From an uncultured Desulfobacterales bacterium (GTDB lineage Bacteria; Desulfobacterota; Desulfobaccia; Desulfobaccales; 0-14-0-80-60-11), in assembly GCA_964480485.1 (NCBI GenBank), contig CAYZOP010000003.1, positions 184,057-248,056 on the forward strand: a DNA stretch of 64,000 bases, given 5' to 3'. The position numbers were made by a program, and so were the translations under genes. Each line of letters starts with the position of its first letter. The first letter of the stretch is position 1. Positions 34,328-44,113 of the stretch are shown piece by piece. The notes beneath the pieces were generated by a model, which did no database searches, had not been told where the DNA came from, and saw only the letters and a list, made by a program, of their open reading frames with translations.

Positions 34328-36708
34328 TGTTCAAAGAGCCACGTCTGAAGCGGCGCCTCCTGCCCGTTGTTCTGGTCCTGGGCCTGGGGGCGGCGGTCTT
34401 TTTGGCGGAGAGGGCCTCCCGCTTTGACGCCGCGCACCTGTCTCCATTGGCCGGAGCGCTGGTTACGGATCGGTCCGGCAAGATTCTAAGGCTGGTGCCC
34501 GAGGCTCAGGGCCGCAAACTGGTGAAGCTGCCGCCCGGACCCCTGCCGGCCCGGGTCGTCCAGGCTTTTATTGCCGCAGAGGACCAGCGCTTCTGGCAGC
34601 ACCCCGGGGTGGATCTCCTGGCCGTGGGCCGGGCGGCCTGGACCAGCCTGGCCGCCGGCCGCATCGTTTCCGGGGCCTCCACCCTCACCATGCAACTGTC
34701 CCGGCTGGCCTATCCCGGCCCCAGGACCCTGACGGGCAAACTCACGGAAATGGCCCGCAGCCTCCGCCTGGAGATGACCCTGAACAAGGCGGACATCCTC
34801 CGCTACTACCTGGACCGGGTGCCCTTGGGGAACAACCTCATGGGGGTGGAAACCGCAGCCCTGGCCTACTTTGGCAAACCCGCCGGTGATCTCACCGCGA
34901 GCGAAGCGGCCACGCTGGCGTCTTTGGCCCGGGCCCCCGGTCGGCTGAACCCGCTGAAGCCTGGAAACCGGCGCCTGCTGGCCCGCCGGGACTGGGTATT
35001 GGGGCGTATGGCCAGGCTCGGTTTTCTTACCCCCCGGGAACTGGCTGCGGCCCGGGAGGAGCCCCTCGCCCTGGTGGCCGGCGCTCCCCGCTTCCCCTTT
35101 GCCGCCCCCCACTTGGTCAACCTGGTGCTGGCCAGCCAACCGGGGACCTCCACCGGGGCGTTGAAGACCACCCTGGACCTGGACTTGCAACAGCGGGCTG
35201 AGTCGGTGGTGGCCGCACATGGGGACCGGATCCGCAAAGGGGGCGCCACCCAGGCTGCGGTACTGGTTCTGGACCATCGCGCCGGGGAGGTCTTGGCCCT
35301 GGTAGGCTCGATCTCTTATGGCCCCCGGGACCAGGGCATGGTCAACGGCGCCGCCGCACCCCGCTCCCCGGGTTCCACCCTGAAGCCCTTTCTCTATGCC
35401 TTAGCCCTGGACGAGGGCTTCACCCCGGCCACCCTCCTGGAGGATGTGGAGCGACGCTACCGCATCCCCGGGGGCGAATTTAATCCCCTGAACTTCGACC
35501 GGGTGGCCCATGGCCCGGTGTCTTTCCGGGAAGCTCTGGGCAATTCCCTCAACCTGTCCGCCGTGCGTCTGCTGGAAGCTGTGGGGCCGGGAACCTATTT
35601 CGAGACGCTTAAAAACCTGGGGCTCATCAACCACCCCGAGCGCGGGCCTGACCATTACGGCCTGGGTCTGGTGGTGGGCAATCCCGAGGTCACCCTCCTG
35701 CAACTGGCCCAGGCTTACGCGGTGTTGGCCAACGGCGGCCTCTTTCGGCCGCTGCGGCTGACCCTGGAGGCGCCCGCCCCCTCGCCCCGCCGGATTTTTT
35801 CACCCCAGGCGGCTTACATCGTTTGGCATATTCTTGCCGATCCCGCCGCCCGGGGCCGCATCTTCGGCGCTTCCCAGGCCATGAACCCTCCCTTCCCCCT
35901 GGCCATCAAAACCGGCACCAGCACCCGCTACCGGGACTGCTGGGCCGTGGGGATCAGCAGGGACTACACCATCGCCGTCTGGGTGGGCAACTTCGACGGC
36001 CGTCCCACCTCTGAGGCCAGCGGCGCTTCATTGTCTGCGCCCATCCTGTCCGATTTAGCCGGGGAACTGATGCGCCACGCTTTGCCCGAGCCGCTTCCCC
36101 GGCCGCCGGGCTTGGTGAGCGCCACTATCTGCGCCTTTTCCGGACAGAGGCCCACCGCCGGTTGCCGCCACCGGATTCGGGAGTTCTTCATCGCCGGCGC
36201 CGATCCCACCGAGACCTGTCACCTCCACCAGCCGGGGGAGCCCTGGCACCGCCTGCCCACGGCGTTCGCCGGCTGGCTGCACGGACGCCACCTCCGAGGG
36301 GGGACGGGCCGGTTCCGCCTGGCGGGGTTTGATGCCGACCTCCAGAGCCTCTTTACCCGTCCCCCTCTGTCCCAGACGTTGCCGTTCCCTACCATCGAAA
36401 CGACCCCCATGCCCGGCCCCGACACCCAGACTATCTCCACCGCCGCGGCACCAGCCGGCGAGGTGGCCATCATCGCGCCCCTCCAGGGCGACCGCTTCCT
36501 GCTCCAGGGAAACGAAGCCTGCCGGATCACCGCCAGGGCGGTCTGCCGGCGCCCCCTGCCGGCGGTCACCTGGTTTCTGGATGGCCGGGAGGTGGCCGCC
36601 GTCGGCCCCCCCTATGAGGTGGAGGTTTTCCTCACCCGGGGCCGCCACCGGTTGAGCGCGGTGGGGGAACAGGGCCGGGGCCACGAAGTGGAGGTGCTGA
36701 TTGAATAG
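34327..36708 (+). CDS. pbpC: penicillin-binding protein 1C (glycosyltransferase + transpeptidase)
   Basis: The start overlaps the A2M stop (TGATG). FIAAEDQRFWQHPGVD and GASTLTMQLSR are GT51 motifs. STLKPF is the SxxK of the transpeptidase, and KTGTS is also present. Confidence 0.95.
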   Translation: MFKEPRLKRRLLPVVLVLGLGAAVFLAERASRFDAAHLSPLAGALVTDRSGKILRLVPEAQGRKLVKLPPGPLPARVVQAFIAAEDQRFWQHPGVDLLAVGRAAWTSLAAGRIVSGASTLTMQLSRLAYPGPRTLTGKLTEMARSLRLEMTLNKADILRYYLDRVPLGNNLMGVETAALAYFGKPAGDLTASEAATLASLARAPGRLNPLKPGNRRLLARRDWVLGRMARLGFLTPRELAAAREEPLALVAGAPRFPFAAPHLVNLVLASQPGTSTGALKTTLDLDLQQRAESVVAAHGDRIRKGGATQAAVLVLDHRAGEVLALVGSISYGPRDQGMVNGAAAPRSPGSTLKPFLYALALDEGFTPATLLEDVERRYRIPGGEFNPLNFDRVAHGPVSFREALGNSLNLSAVRLLEAVGPGTYFETLKNLGLINHPERGPDHYGLGLVVGNPEVTLLQLAQAYAVLANGGLFRPLRLTLEAPAPSPRRIFSPQAAYIVWHILADPAARGRIFGASQAMNPPFPLAIKTGTSTRYRDCWAVGISRDYTIAVWVGNFDGRPTSEASGASLSAPILSDLAGELMRHALPEPLPRPPGLVSATICAFSGQRPTAGCRHRIREFFIAGADPTETCHLHQPGEPWHRLPTAFAGWLHGRHLRGGTGRFRLAGFDADLQSLFTRPPLSQTLPFPTIETTPMPGPDTQTISTAAAPAGEVAIIAPLQGDRFLLQGNEACRITARAVCRRPLPAVTWFLDGREVAAVGPPYEVEVFLTRGRHRLSAVGEQGRGHEVEVLIE

Positions 36709-36744
36709 GAATCGGGAGGTGCGACGGCGAGAACAGAGATGGCG

Positions 36745-38028
36745 TTACTTTGTCAAGTCATTGCACTGTTCATTGCCGGCAGGCGAAGGCGTTCTCTCGT
36801 GCAGGAGCTGTTGATATTTTTTTTTGTACTCATGTTCCAGGCTCAAGTCGGGAGAGGCACAATGGGCTTTTATCAGATAGGCGTTGATATGAATCCTGTT
36901 TTTTAAAAACACATAAGCTGCAAGTCCATCATTTTGTACTTTTGCCTGCTTGGGCCACCGCAGAATAATTTCCTTTCCCAAAACATAATTCTTTAAATAG
37001 GAAACTGTTTCCTCTTTATTGTCAATTTTTATCCCCAAAAAAGTAACCATCTGGCCGTTTTCTAATACCAACGTGGCATCGCTTAAGACTTTTTTAACTC
37101 TATGCAGTGAACACGGCTCCCATTTGGTTTTTATTAATGCTGGCTGGGGCCTGGCCTCCCCGATCACTGGGGTATAGTTCAGGGATTCCCTCGGGGCTGG
37201 GGGGATCTCCTGCCGCATCAGGTTTATCACGGCTTCGAAAGGACCTGTCGGCCTGGAGCGCATCTTCTCCCTGATCCTGGGGACAAAGCTCTCGTTGACC
37301 TCGTAGCCCACGCCGTTTCTTCCCAGGTCCAGGGCCGCCTTCACCGTGGTGCCGCTGCCCACAAAGGGGTCCAGCACTGTGTCCCCCACGAAGCTGAACA
37401 TGCGGATGAGGCGCCGGGGGAGCTCCTCCGGGAACATGGCCTCGTGACCCGCCTGCCGGGCGCCGCCGAAGCGCCAGTGGCCGGCGAAATACTCCTTCCA
37501 TTCCGCCTTGCTCAGCCGGGAGGCCTCTCTAATCTCCGGCGACACCTTTTTGGGGGGCCCCGGTTTTTTGAAGATCAAAATAAATTCGTAATCAATTTCC
37601 ACCAAACCATTGGGCGGGAAGGGGTAGGAGCCCATCACCGGCGCCCCCCCGCTGGTGTTCATGGTGGTCTTTTTCTGCCAAATGATGCTTCCCAGGAAGT
37701 CCAACCCCAGATGCTCCCCCTGGGCAATGATCTCGGCGTGCAACGGAATGACCTTGTAGCGGCCGTACACCTTGGCCCGGGCGAACTGGTCGCCAACGTT
37801 GACGCACAGCCGTCCCCCCAACCTCAGCACCCGGAAGCACTCCCGCCACACCCGGTAGAGGTCCTGCAGGTACTCGTGCAGGCTCTGCCCAAAGCCGATT
37901 TGGCCCGGCACGCCGTAATCTTTGATATGCCAGTAAGGCGGCGAGGTGACCACCAGGTCCACGGTCTCCGCCGCCAGCTCGTCCATCCGCCGACTGTCCC
38001 CGATAACAATCCTGGCCCACGTGTTCAT
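36745..38028 (-). CDS. beta-class DNA methyltransferase (SPPY motif, N4-C or N6-A) fused to a C-terminal SNase-like OB-fold domain
   Basis: DLVVTSPPYWHIKDY (motif IV) lies N-terminal to VLDPFVGSGTT (motif I), with HEAMFPEELPRRLI also present. The C-terminal roughly 150 aa (VLSDATLVLENGQMVTFLGIKIDNKEE...DGLAAYVFLKNRIHINAYLIKAHCA) align by eye with staphylococcal nuclease. Confidence 0.9.
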   Translation of the reverse strand: MNTWARIVIGDSRRMDELAAETVDLVVTSPPYWHIKDYGVPGQIGFGQSLHEYLQDLYRVWRECFRVLRLGGRLCVNVGDQFARAKVYGRYKVIPLHAEIIAQGEHLGLDFLGSIIWQKKTTMNTSGGAPVMGSYPFPPNGLVEIDYEFILIFKKPGPPKKVSPEIREASRLSKAEWKEYFAGHWRFGGARQAGHEAMFPEELPRRLIRMFSFVGDTVLDPFVGSGTTVKAALDLGRNGVGYEVNESFVPRIREKMRSRPTGPFEAVINLMRQEIPPAPRESLNYTPVIGEARPQPALIKTKWEPCSLHRVKKVLSDATLVLENGQMVTFLGIKIDNKEETVSYLKNYVLGKEIILRWPKQAKVQNDGLAAYVFLKNRIHINAYLIKAHCASPDLSLEHEYKKKYQQLLHERTPSPAGNEQCNDLTK

Positions 38029-38086
38029 AGGGAAGAAGGTTGCTTGCGGAAAGGATCGGCGGGGCGGTGGCTCCCCCTCCCTCCCC

Positions 38087-38668
38087 TCACTTCGCCAGCC
38101 ATTTCAGCCCCAGGCGCAGGAGGTCTTCCAGGGAGGCCGCGCCCTGGCTGGCGGCGGCATCCAGGGCTTTTTCCGCTACATTTTTAGGGTAACCCAGATT
38201 CACCAGGGCCGACAGGGCATCCTCCCGGAGTCTGTCCTGCAAAGGTGCAGGGCGGCCCCTGGCCACAGCCATGGCTTTGTCCCTGAGTTCCAGGACGATG
38301 CGCTCCGCAGATTTTTTCCCCACCCCCGGAATGCTCGCCAGGCGTTTGACGTCGCCGGCGGCCAGGGCCTGGTGAAATTCCCCGGGATCAGCGCCGCTCA
38401 GGATGTTCAGGGCCATGCGGGCCCCAATGCGGGGTATGGCGATGAGTCTCAGGAACAGATCCTTTTCCTCCGGCTGGGCAAAGCCATACAACTGGATGGC
38501 GTCCTCCTGGAGGCGGGTGTGGATGTGGAGGGCCACAGGGGCCGGCGGTTCAGGCAGGGCATAAAAGGTGGTGAGGGAAATATGCACCCGGTAGCCCACC
38601 CCCCCCACCCGGAGGAGCAGCTGGCCGGGGGTCTTTTCCAGGAGCTGACCTTCCAGAAAGCCGATCAT
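38087..38668 (-). CDS. ruvA: Holliday junction branch-migration complex subunit RuvA
   Basis: [35 protein letters not shown]..., 193 aa. Confidence 0.95.
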   Translation of the reverse strand: MIGFLEGQLLEKTPGQLLLRVGGVGYRVHISLTTFYALPEPPAPVALHIHTRLQEDAIQLYGFAQPEEKDLFLRLIAIPRIGARMALNILSGADPGEFHQALAAGDVKRLASIPGVGKKSAERIVLELRDKAMAVARGRPAPLQDRLREDALSALVNLGYPKNVAEKALDAAASQGAASLEDLLRLGLKWLAK

Positions 38669-39153
38669 GTGCTGGTCAGGGGAGAGCGCAGGTGGAAGAG
38701 GTGGCAGACCCCCACCGCCAGGGCGTCGGCCGCGTGCTGGTTGGCCACCGTGAGGCCCAGCAGCTGCTCCACCATGAGCTGCACCTGGGCCTTGCTGGCC
38801 TGGCCATAACCCACCACGGCCTTTTTGACCACCAAAGCGGGGTAGACATGGACCGGGACCCGGGCCTTGGCTGCGGCCAGGAGCACCACGCCCCGCACCT
38901 GCCCCAGGATGAAGGCGCTCCGGACGTTTTTCCCCAGGAAGATCTCCTCCAGCGCTAAACTATGCGGGCGGTGTTGGCGAAGCAGCTCCACCAAACCGTC
39001 ATAAATTTGACAGAGCCGCTTCTCCAAAGAGGATCGGCTCCCAGGAGTGATCTGGCCGTGGGTCACATGGGCCACGTCGCGGTGCCCGGTGGCCACCACT
39101 CCATAGCCCGTGGCCAGCGACCCCGGGTCCACTCCCAGCACCACCCGGCTCAC
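38665..39153 (-). CDS. ruvC: crossover junction endodeoxyribonuclease RuvC
   Basis: [20 protein letters not shown]..., 162 aa. 4-nt overlaps with both yebC and ruvA. Confidence 0.95.
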   Translation of the reverse strand: MSRVVLGVDPGSLATGYGVVATGHRDVAHVTHGQITPGSRSSLEKRLCQIYDGLVELLRQHRPHSLALEEIFLGKNVRSAFILGQVRGVVLLAAAKARVPVHVYPALVVKKAVVGYGQASKAQVQLMVEQLLGLTVANQHAADALAVGVCHLFHLRSPLTST

Positions 39154-39893
39154 ATCAGGGCCTCCAGCACCTTGTCGGGAATATCGAAATTGGCGAAGAC
39201 GTTGCTGACGTCGTCGTGGTCCTCCAGCATCTCCACCAGTTTTAGAACTTTCAGGGCCCGATCCTCCTCGGTGATGGCCACCGTGGTTTTGGGGCGGAGT
39301 TGCAGCTCGGCCAACTCCGGCTTAAATCCCCGGGCCTCCAGAGCCTCTTTGACTTCCACGAACCTGCCTGGGTCGGTGAGCACCTCCAACTGGCCGCCGC
39401 TGGCTTGAAGATCCTCGGCGCCGCACTCCAGGGCCGCCTCTAACAGATCGTCTTCATCCAGGCCCTCGAAGACAATAACCCCCTTTTTATCGAACATCCA
39501 GGAGACGCAGCCAGGCTCCCCCAAGCTGCCGCCGAACTTGGTGAACAGGTGGCGGACGTCGGCCACGGTGCGGTTTTTGTTGTCGGTGAGGCTCTCCACC
39601 ATGAGAGCCACGCCCTCAGGGCCGTAGCCCTCATAGTAAACCTCCTCCAGGTTGCCGCCGGCTTCTTCGCCGGTGCCCTTGCGGATGGCCCGGGCGATGT
39701 TCTCCTTGGGCATGTTCTCTTCCTTGGCCGCGGCGATGGCCGCCCGCAGGCGTGCATTGCCGTCCGGGTCGCCGCCCCCCAGACGAGCCGCCACCGTGAT
39801 TTCCTTGGCCAATTTGCTGAAAACCTTCCCGCGCTTGGCGTCGGCCGCGCCCTTCTTGCGTTTGATGGTGCTCCATTTGGAATGACCAGACAT
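39150..39893 (-). CDS. yebC: YebC/PmpR-family DNA-binding transcriptional regulator
   Basis: [37 protein letters not shown]..., 247 aa. Confidence 0.95.
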   Translation of the reverse strand: MSGHSKWSTIKRKKGAADAKRGKVFSKLAKEITVAARLGGGDPDGNARLRAAIAAAKEENMPKENIARAIRKGTGEEAGGNLEEVYYEGYGPEGVALMVESLTDNKNRTVADVRHLFTKFGGSLGEPGCVSWMFDKKGVIVFEGLDEDDLLEAALECGAEDLQASGGQLEVLTDPGRFVEVKEALEARGFKPELAELQLRPKTTVAITEEDRALKVLKLVEMLEDHDDVSNVFANFDIPDKVLEALM

Positions 39894-39942
39894 CTTGCCC
39901 TACCCCTCCATAAACCAAGCGATCCCGCCATCGCCGCAAAGG

Positions 39943-40554
39943 TTAGGCCCTTTGCCCGGGAACCTTCTTCCGCAGGCCCAGAATATAGAGCTCCCGGCTG
40001 GCCTGACGGGAACCCGGCGGCTTGAGGCGGTGGCACTGTTCAAAGACCTCCCGGACTTGGGCCACCAACCCGGGGAGCCCGGGGCCTTCAAAGACCTTCA
40101 CCAGGAAATGGCCGCCCGGCCGGAGCAACTCGCCCGCAGTTGCCAGAGCCGCCCGGGCCAGCGCCAGGGAGCGCTCTTCGTCCACCTCCCGGATGCCGGA
40201 GGTCCGGGGGGCCAGGTCGCTGACCACCAGGTCATAGACTGGGGAGAATGCCTTAAGCGTCTCCAAGTCTAGACTTTGCAGGTCACCCGCCACAAAGTAT
40301 AGGGGCGGCGCCAACGGGACCGCCGGCGGGTTGACATCCACCCCCACCACCAACCCTCCCGGCCCCACCCGCTCTCCCAGGTATTGCATCCAGGAACCGG
40401 GACTGCATCCCAGATCCAGCACGCGTTGGCCCACCTTCACCAGACGATGCTTGGCGTCAATGGACTTCAGCTTATAAACCGCCCGGGAGACATAGCCGGC
40501 GGCCCGGGCTTGCCGCCGAAACGGGTCCGGGATTCCAGGGCGGGGCATGGCCAA
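39943..40554 (-). CDS. rlmE: 23S rRNA (uridine-2'-O)-methyltransferase RlmE/FtsJ
   Basis: GYVSRAVYKLKSIDAKHRLVKVGQRVLDLGCSPGSWMQY and DLVVSDLAP. Confidence 0.9.
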   Translation of the reverse strand: MAMPRPGIPDPFRRQARAAGYVSRAVYKLKSIDAKHRLVKVGQRVLDLGCSPGSWMQYLGERVGPGGLVVGVDVNPPAVPLAPPLYFVAGDLQSLDLETLKAFSPVYDLVVSDLAPRTSGIREVDEERSLALARAALATAGELLRPGGHFLVKVFEGPGLPGLVAQVREVFEQCHRLKPPGSRQASRELYILGLRKKVPGQRA

Positions 40555-40608
40555 CGCTTCCTATCCCTTGAGATTAATTGGCAATCTTTTATCATGCAGG
40601 CCCTCTCT

Positions 40609-40624
40609 TGGCAATGAAAAAGCC
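40609..40624 (+). promoter_or_regulatory. weak sigma54-like element (GG-N10-GC) upstream of fliL
   Basis: TTGGCAATGAAAAAGC, with GG at 40610-40611 and GC at 40622-40623. The -12 region is AAGC rather than TTGC. The octamer TTGGCAAT also occurs at 40579-40586. Confidence 0.2.
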
Positions 40625-40750
40625 CGATGGTCCTATTGTCAATTATTTGACTAATCTCCACTTCTTTGACAGGAGGGAAAGTCTGGGCAAAAGGATAAAG
40701 TCAATAAAATCAATGATATATGTGCCGTAGCAGCCAAATTTTCCCTTGGC

Positions 40751-41275
40751 ATGCTCGTTGCTCCATGGAAAAGGCAACCGCGTCACTTCAGAGTTAGCCC
40801 GAAGAGGTTTCCCGTGGATCAACCCCCGTCGCCCAAACGCAGCAAGAAAAAGCTCATCCTGTTGGCCGTGCTGGGGACTCTGCTCATCGTCGGCGGTGGC
40901 CTGACTTATCTCTTCCTCACCGATGATCCCGGCGAAGCCTCCGCCTTGCAGCCGGCCGAGGTCCAGCAGGCCGGAGGGGCCACCATGGTTCTGGAGCCAT
41001 TTCTCGTTAATCTGGCCGACCTGGAGACCCGTCGTTACTTGAAAATTAAGATGGAGGTGGAAGTGGAGGGGGAGAAGGTCATCAAGGAACTGGAAAAATC
41101 CGTTCCCCGCATCCGGGATGCCCTCATCCTGCTCTTGGCCAGCAAAACCTACAGCGACCTGGGAACCGCGGACGGCAAACTCCGCCTGAAGGAAGAGATC
41201 CTCCAGCAACTGGCCAAGGTTCCCGGTGGCAAAAAAATCAGAAACGTCTTCTTCACCGAGTTCGTGGCGCAATAG
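40751..41275 (+). CDS. fliL: flagellar basal-body-associated protein FliL
   Basis: KKKLILLAVLGTLLIVGGG (TM segment), then LEPFLVNLADLETRRYLKIKMEVEV...IRNVFFTEFVAQ. An alternative in-frame GTG start at 40814 has a GAAGAGG RBS and may be the true start. Confidence 0.85.
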   Translation: MLVAPWKRQPRHFRVSPKRFPVDQPPSPKRSKKKLILLAVLGTLLIVGGGLTYLFLTDDPGEASALQPAEVQQAGGATMVLEPFLVNLADLETRRYLKIKMEVEVEGEKVIKELEKSVPRIRDALILLLASKTYSDLGTADGKLRLKEEILQQLAKVPGGKKIRNVFFTEFVAQ

Positions 41276-41281
41276 GGGGCA

Positions 41282-42265
41282 ATGGTGACCAAGGTCCTCT
41301 CCCAGGAAGAGGTGGACGCCCTGCTCAGGGGATTGGTGGAAGGGGAAATCGAAGCCGAGCGACAGTCTCATGATTATGCCGATGGCATCATCCCGTACGA
41401 TTTCACCTCCCAGGAGCGCATCATCCGGGGGCGCATGCCCACCATGGAGGTCATCAACGAGCACTTTGCCCGGGCGTTCCGCATCTCCCTTTCCATGATC
41501 CTCAGGCGAACTGTGGACATCCAGACCAACTTCGTGCAGATGCTCAAATTCAGCGAGGTCTTGAAATCCTTGCTCCTGCCCTGCAGCTTTCACATCTTCA
41601 AAATGGAGCCCCTGCGGGGGCAATGCCTGTTGGTGGTGGACAGCAAACTGGTCTTTACTCTGGTGGAATGTTTCCTGGGCGGCAGTTCGAAAACCAGCTT
41701 CAAAATTGAAGGCCGTGATTTCACCAGCATCGAGCGCCGACTCATCCAAAAAGTGGTGCTTATGGGCTTTCAGGATCTGGAAAAGGCCTGGGCTCCGGTG
41801 CATCTGGTGAAAATGCACTTGGTGCGGGTGGAAATCAACCCCATGTTTGTGGGCATCGCCACGCCCAACGATATCATGGTGGTGAGCCGCTTCCAGGTGG
41901 AGATGGAGGAGGCTGACGGCTTCATTACCGTCTGTATGCCATACGCCACCATTGAACCCATCAAGGGAAAGCTTTATTCCGGCTTCCAAAGCGAACAACT
42001 GGAACAGGATGGCCGCTGGACCTCCCGCATTCAGGAGGAAATCCGGGAGATGCCGGTCAATGTCGTGGTGGAATTGGCTTCCACTGCCATGACTGCCAGG
42101 GATGTTCTCGGGTTGGCCACCGGAGACATTATCCTGTTCGATAAAAAGGTGACTGATCCCCTGGTTGCCAGGGTCGAAGGTATTCCCAAGTTCACCGGTT
42201 ACGCCGGCCAGTATCATCGTGCCCGGGCCTTGCGGGTGCAGCGGTTGCTGTATCCCCTGGCCTAG
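41282..42265 (+). CDS. fliM: flagellar motor switch protein FliM
   Basis: [17 protein letters not shown] (LSQxEIDALL-type CheY-P binding N-terminus). 327 aa. Confidence 0.95.
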   Translation: MVTKVLSQEEVDALLRGLVEGEIEAERQSHDYADGIIPYDFTSQERIIRGRMPTMEVINEHFARAFRISLSMILRRTVDIQTNFVQMLKFSEVLKSLLLPCSFHIFKMEPLRGQCLLVVDSKLVFTLVECFLGGSSKTSFKIEGRDFTSIERRLIQKVVLMGFQDLEKAWAPVHLVKMHLVRVEINPMFVGIATPNDIMVVSRFQVEMEEADGFITVCMPYATIEPIKGKLYSGFQSEQLEQDGRWTSRIQEEIREMPVNVVVELASTAMTARDVLGLATGDIILFDKKVTDPLVARVEGIPKFTGYAGQYHRARALRVQRLLYPLA

Positions 42266-42293
42266 CGCCGGCCTGAAGAAGGGAGAAGCACGC

Positions 42294-42701
42294 ATGGCAG
42301 AAGGTTCCCCCCCCGGTCCCCCCCTCGACCTCGACTGGGAGCAGGCCCTAAGCGAGCAGGCCGCCCCAGTTGGTTCGGATAAGGCACCGACCGTCAGGCC
42401 CGCCTCCGGGCCGGCAGATCCGGGCATGACCACAGAGGGAGCGCCCAATCTCTCCCTGCTCCTGGACATCCCCCTGGAGATCACCGCCGAACTGGGACGG
42501 ACCCGGATGATCATCAACGACCTGCTGCAACTGGGGCAGGGCTCCGTTATCGAGCTGAATAAATTGGCAGGGGAGCCCCTGGAAATCCTGGTCAACCAAA
42601 AGCTCATCGCCCGGGGGGAGGTCGTGGTGGTTAATGAAAAATTCGGTATCCGCCTCACCGACATCATCAGTCCGGTAGAACGCATCAAACAATTGGGGTA
42701 G
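42294..42701 (+). CDS. fliN: flagellar motor switch protein FliN
   Basis: The C-terminal SpoA domain is [70 protein letters not shown]. Confidence 0.9.
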   Translation: MAEGSPPGPPLDLDWEQALSEQAAPVGSDKAPTVRPASGPADPGMTTEGAPNLSLLLDIPLEITAELGRTRMIINDLLQLGQGSVIELNKLAGEPLEILVNQKLIARGEVVVVNEKFGIRLTDIISPVERIKQLG

Positions 42702-42704
42702 GGC

Positions 42705-43088
42705 ATGAACTTGGCGGCATCCCAAGAGCTGGTGCGACAGGCAGTCATTCAGCAGGAGACAGGCCTCCCCGGAACCGAAACGGTGGTAGCCATCGCCGGC
42801 GCCTCGTTTTGGGTTGAGTGGCTGCGGATGCTGGGGATCCTGGTGAGCCTGGGCGCCCTGCTGCTGATAACCTTGCACGTGGCGAAGCGATACTGGAAAA
42901 AGCCCCAGGGCTTACCGCTCATTCGGGTTCTGGGAAGGTATTACCTGGCATCGCGTCAGGCCCTTCTGGTGGTGGCCGTGGACCATCAGCGCTTCCTGCT
43001 GGCCAGCAACCAGGACCGGGTCGATTTTTTGACGTCCTTGTCGGATCCCCCGGTCCCCCCGCCCGATTCCGCCCAGGAGGAAACATGA
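42705..43088 (+). CDS. fliO: flagellar biosynthesis protein FliO
   Basis: Single TM segment (MLGILVSLGALLLITLHV), then VLGRYYLASRQALLVVAVDHQRFLLA. It sits between fliN and fliP. Confidence 0.75.
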   Translation: MNLAASQELVRQAVIQQETGLPGTETVVAIAGASFWVEWLRMLGILVSLGALLLITLHVAKRYWKKPQGLPLIRVLGRYYLASRQALLVVAVDHQRFLLASNQDRVDFLTSLSDPPVPPPDSAQEET

Positions 43089-43813
43089 GCAATCTTCTGG
43101 CTACCCACCTGGCGGGTGCGCTTCTGGGGGTTCCCGCCCCCGCGGGTGCAGGCGGCTGGGGGCTGGAGCAGGCGTTGGCCCCCGAAGGCCTCAGTTTGTC
43201 TCTGCACCTCCTCCTGCTTCTCACCGCCCTTTCCCTGGCCCCGGCCCTGATCATCATGCTCACCTCCTTCACCCGCCTGGTGGTGGTGTTTTCTTTCCTG
43301 CGCCATGCCCTGGGCACCCAACAGTTGCCCCCCAACCAAATCCTCATCGCCTTGGCCCTCTTCCTCACGGTTTTTATCATGGCGCCAGTGTGGCTGGAGA
43401 TTCAGGAACAGGCGGTACGGCCCTATGTCAACCGGGAGATCGGCAGCGAGGAGGCCGTGGTCCGGGGGGTGGCCCCCCTGCGCAGCTTCATGTTGAAACA
43501 GACCCGGGAAAAGGATCTGGCCCTCTTTATTAATCTGTTGAAAAAGCCCAAACCGCAAAATGTTCAGGAAGTTCCCACCACCGCCGTCATCCCGGCTTTC
43601 CTGATCAGCGAACTGCGCACCGCCTTCGAAATCGGCTTTCTGCTGTTTCTGCCGTTCCTCATCATCGACATGGTGGTGGCTTCAGTCCTCCTTTCCATGG
43701 GCATGATGATGCTGCCGCCGGTCATGATCTCTCTGGTGTTCAAGGTGCTGCTGTTCGTCCTGGTGGACGGCTGGAACCTGGTGGTGGGCTCCATGGTGCG
43801 GAGTTTCCAGTGA
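43085..43813 (+). CDS. fliP: flagellar type III export apparatus protein FliP
   Basis: The ATG overlaps the fliO stop (ATGA). TSFTRLVVVFSFLRHALGTQQLPPNQILIALALFLTVFIMAPV and FLISELRTAFEIGFLLFLPFLIIDMVVASVLLSMGMMMLPP. Confidence 0.95.
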   Translation: MSNLLATHLAGALLGVPAPAGAGGWGLEQALAPEGLSLSLHLLLLLTALSLAPALIIMLTSFTRLVVVFSFLRHALGTQQLPPNQILIALALFLTVFIMAPVWLEIQEQAVRPYVNREIGSEEAVVRGVAPLRSFMLKQTREKDLALFINLLKKPKPQNVQEVPTTAVIPAFLISELRTAFEIGFLLFLPFLIIDMVVASVLLSMGMMMLPPVMISLVFKVLLFVLVDGWNLVVGSMVRSFQ

Positions 43814-43835
43814 AGAACCCCACGGAGGAGGGGTT

Positions 43836-44105
43836 ATGAGCCCGGAAGTAGTTTTGGAACTGTGCCGCCAGGCCGTTAAGGTGACCCTCCTGGTGAGCCT
43901 CCCCATTCTGGGTATCGGCCTGGTGGTGGGGGTGCTGGTCAGCCTCTTTCAGGCCGCCACCCAGGTCCAGGAAATGACCCTGACCTTTATCCCGAAAATC
44001 ATCAGCATCTTGGTGGGGCTCCTGTTCCTCCTGCCGTGGATCATGCGTCACCTCATGGGCTTCACCACCGACCTTCTGGAGAACCTGCCCCGGTTTATCC
44101 GGTAG
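43836..44105 (+). CDS. fliQ: flagellar export apparatus protein FliQ
   Basis: 89 aa, LLVSLPILGIGLVVGVLVSLFQAATQVQEMTLTFIPK. Confidence 0.95.
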   Translation: MSPEVVLELCRQAVKVTLLVSLPILGIGLVVGVLVSLFQAATQVQEMTLTFIPKIISILVGLLFLLPWIMRHLMGFTTDLLENLPRFIR

Positions 44106-44113
44106 GAGCTATC

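Noticed and set aside
40643-42748. 701-aa reverse-strand ORF covering fliL, fliM and fliN
   Set aside because: The forward-strand proteins are unmistakable flagellar proteins. The antisense translation has no recognisable domains and a skewed composition.
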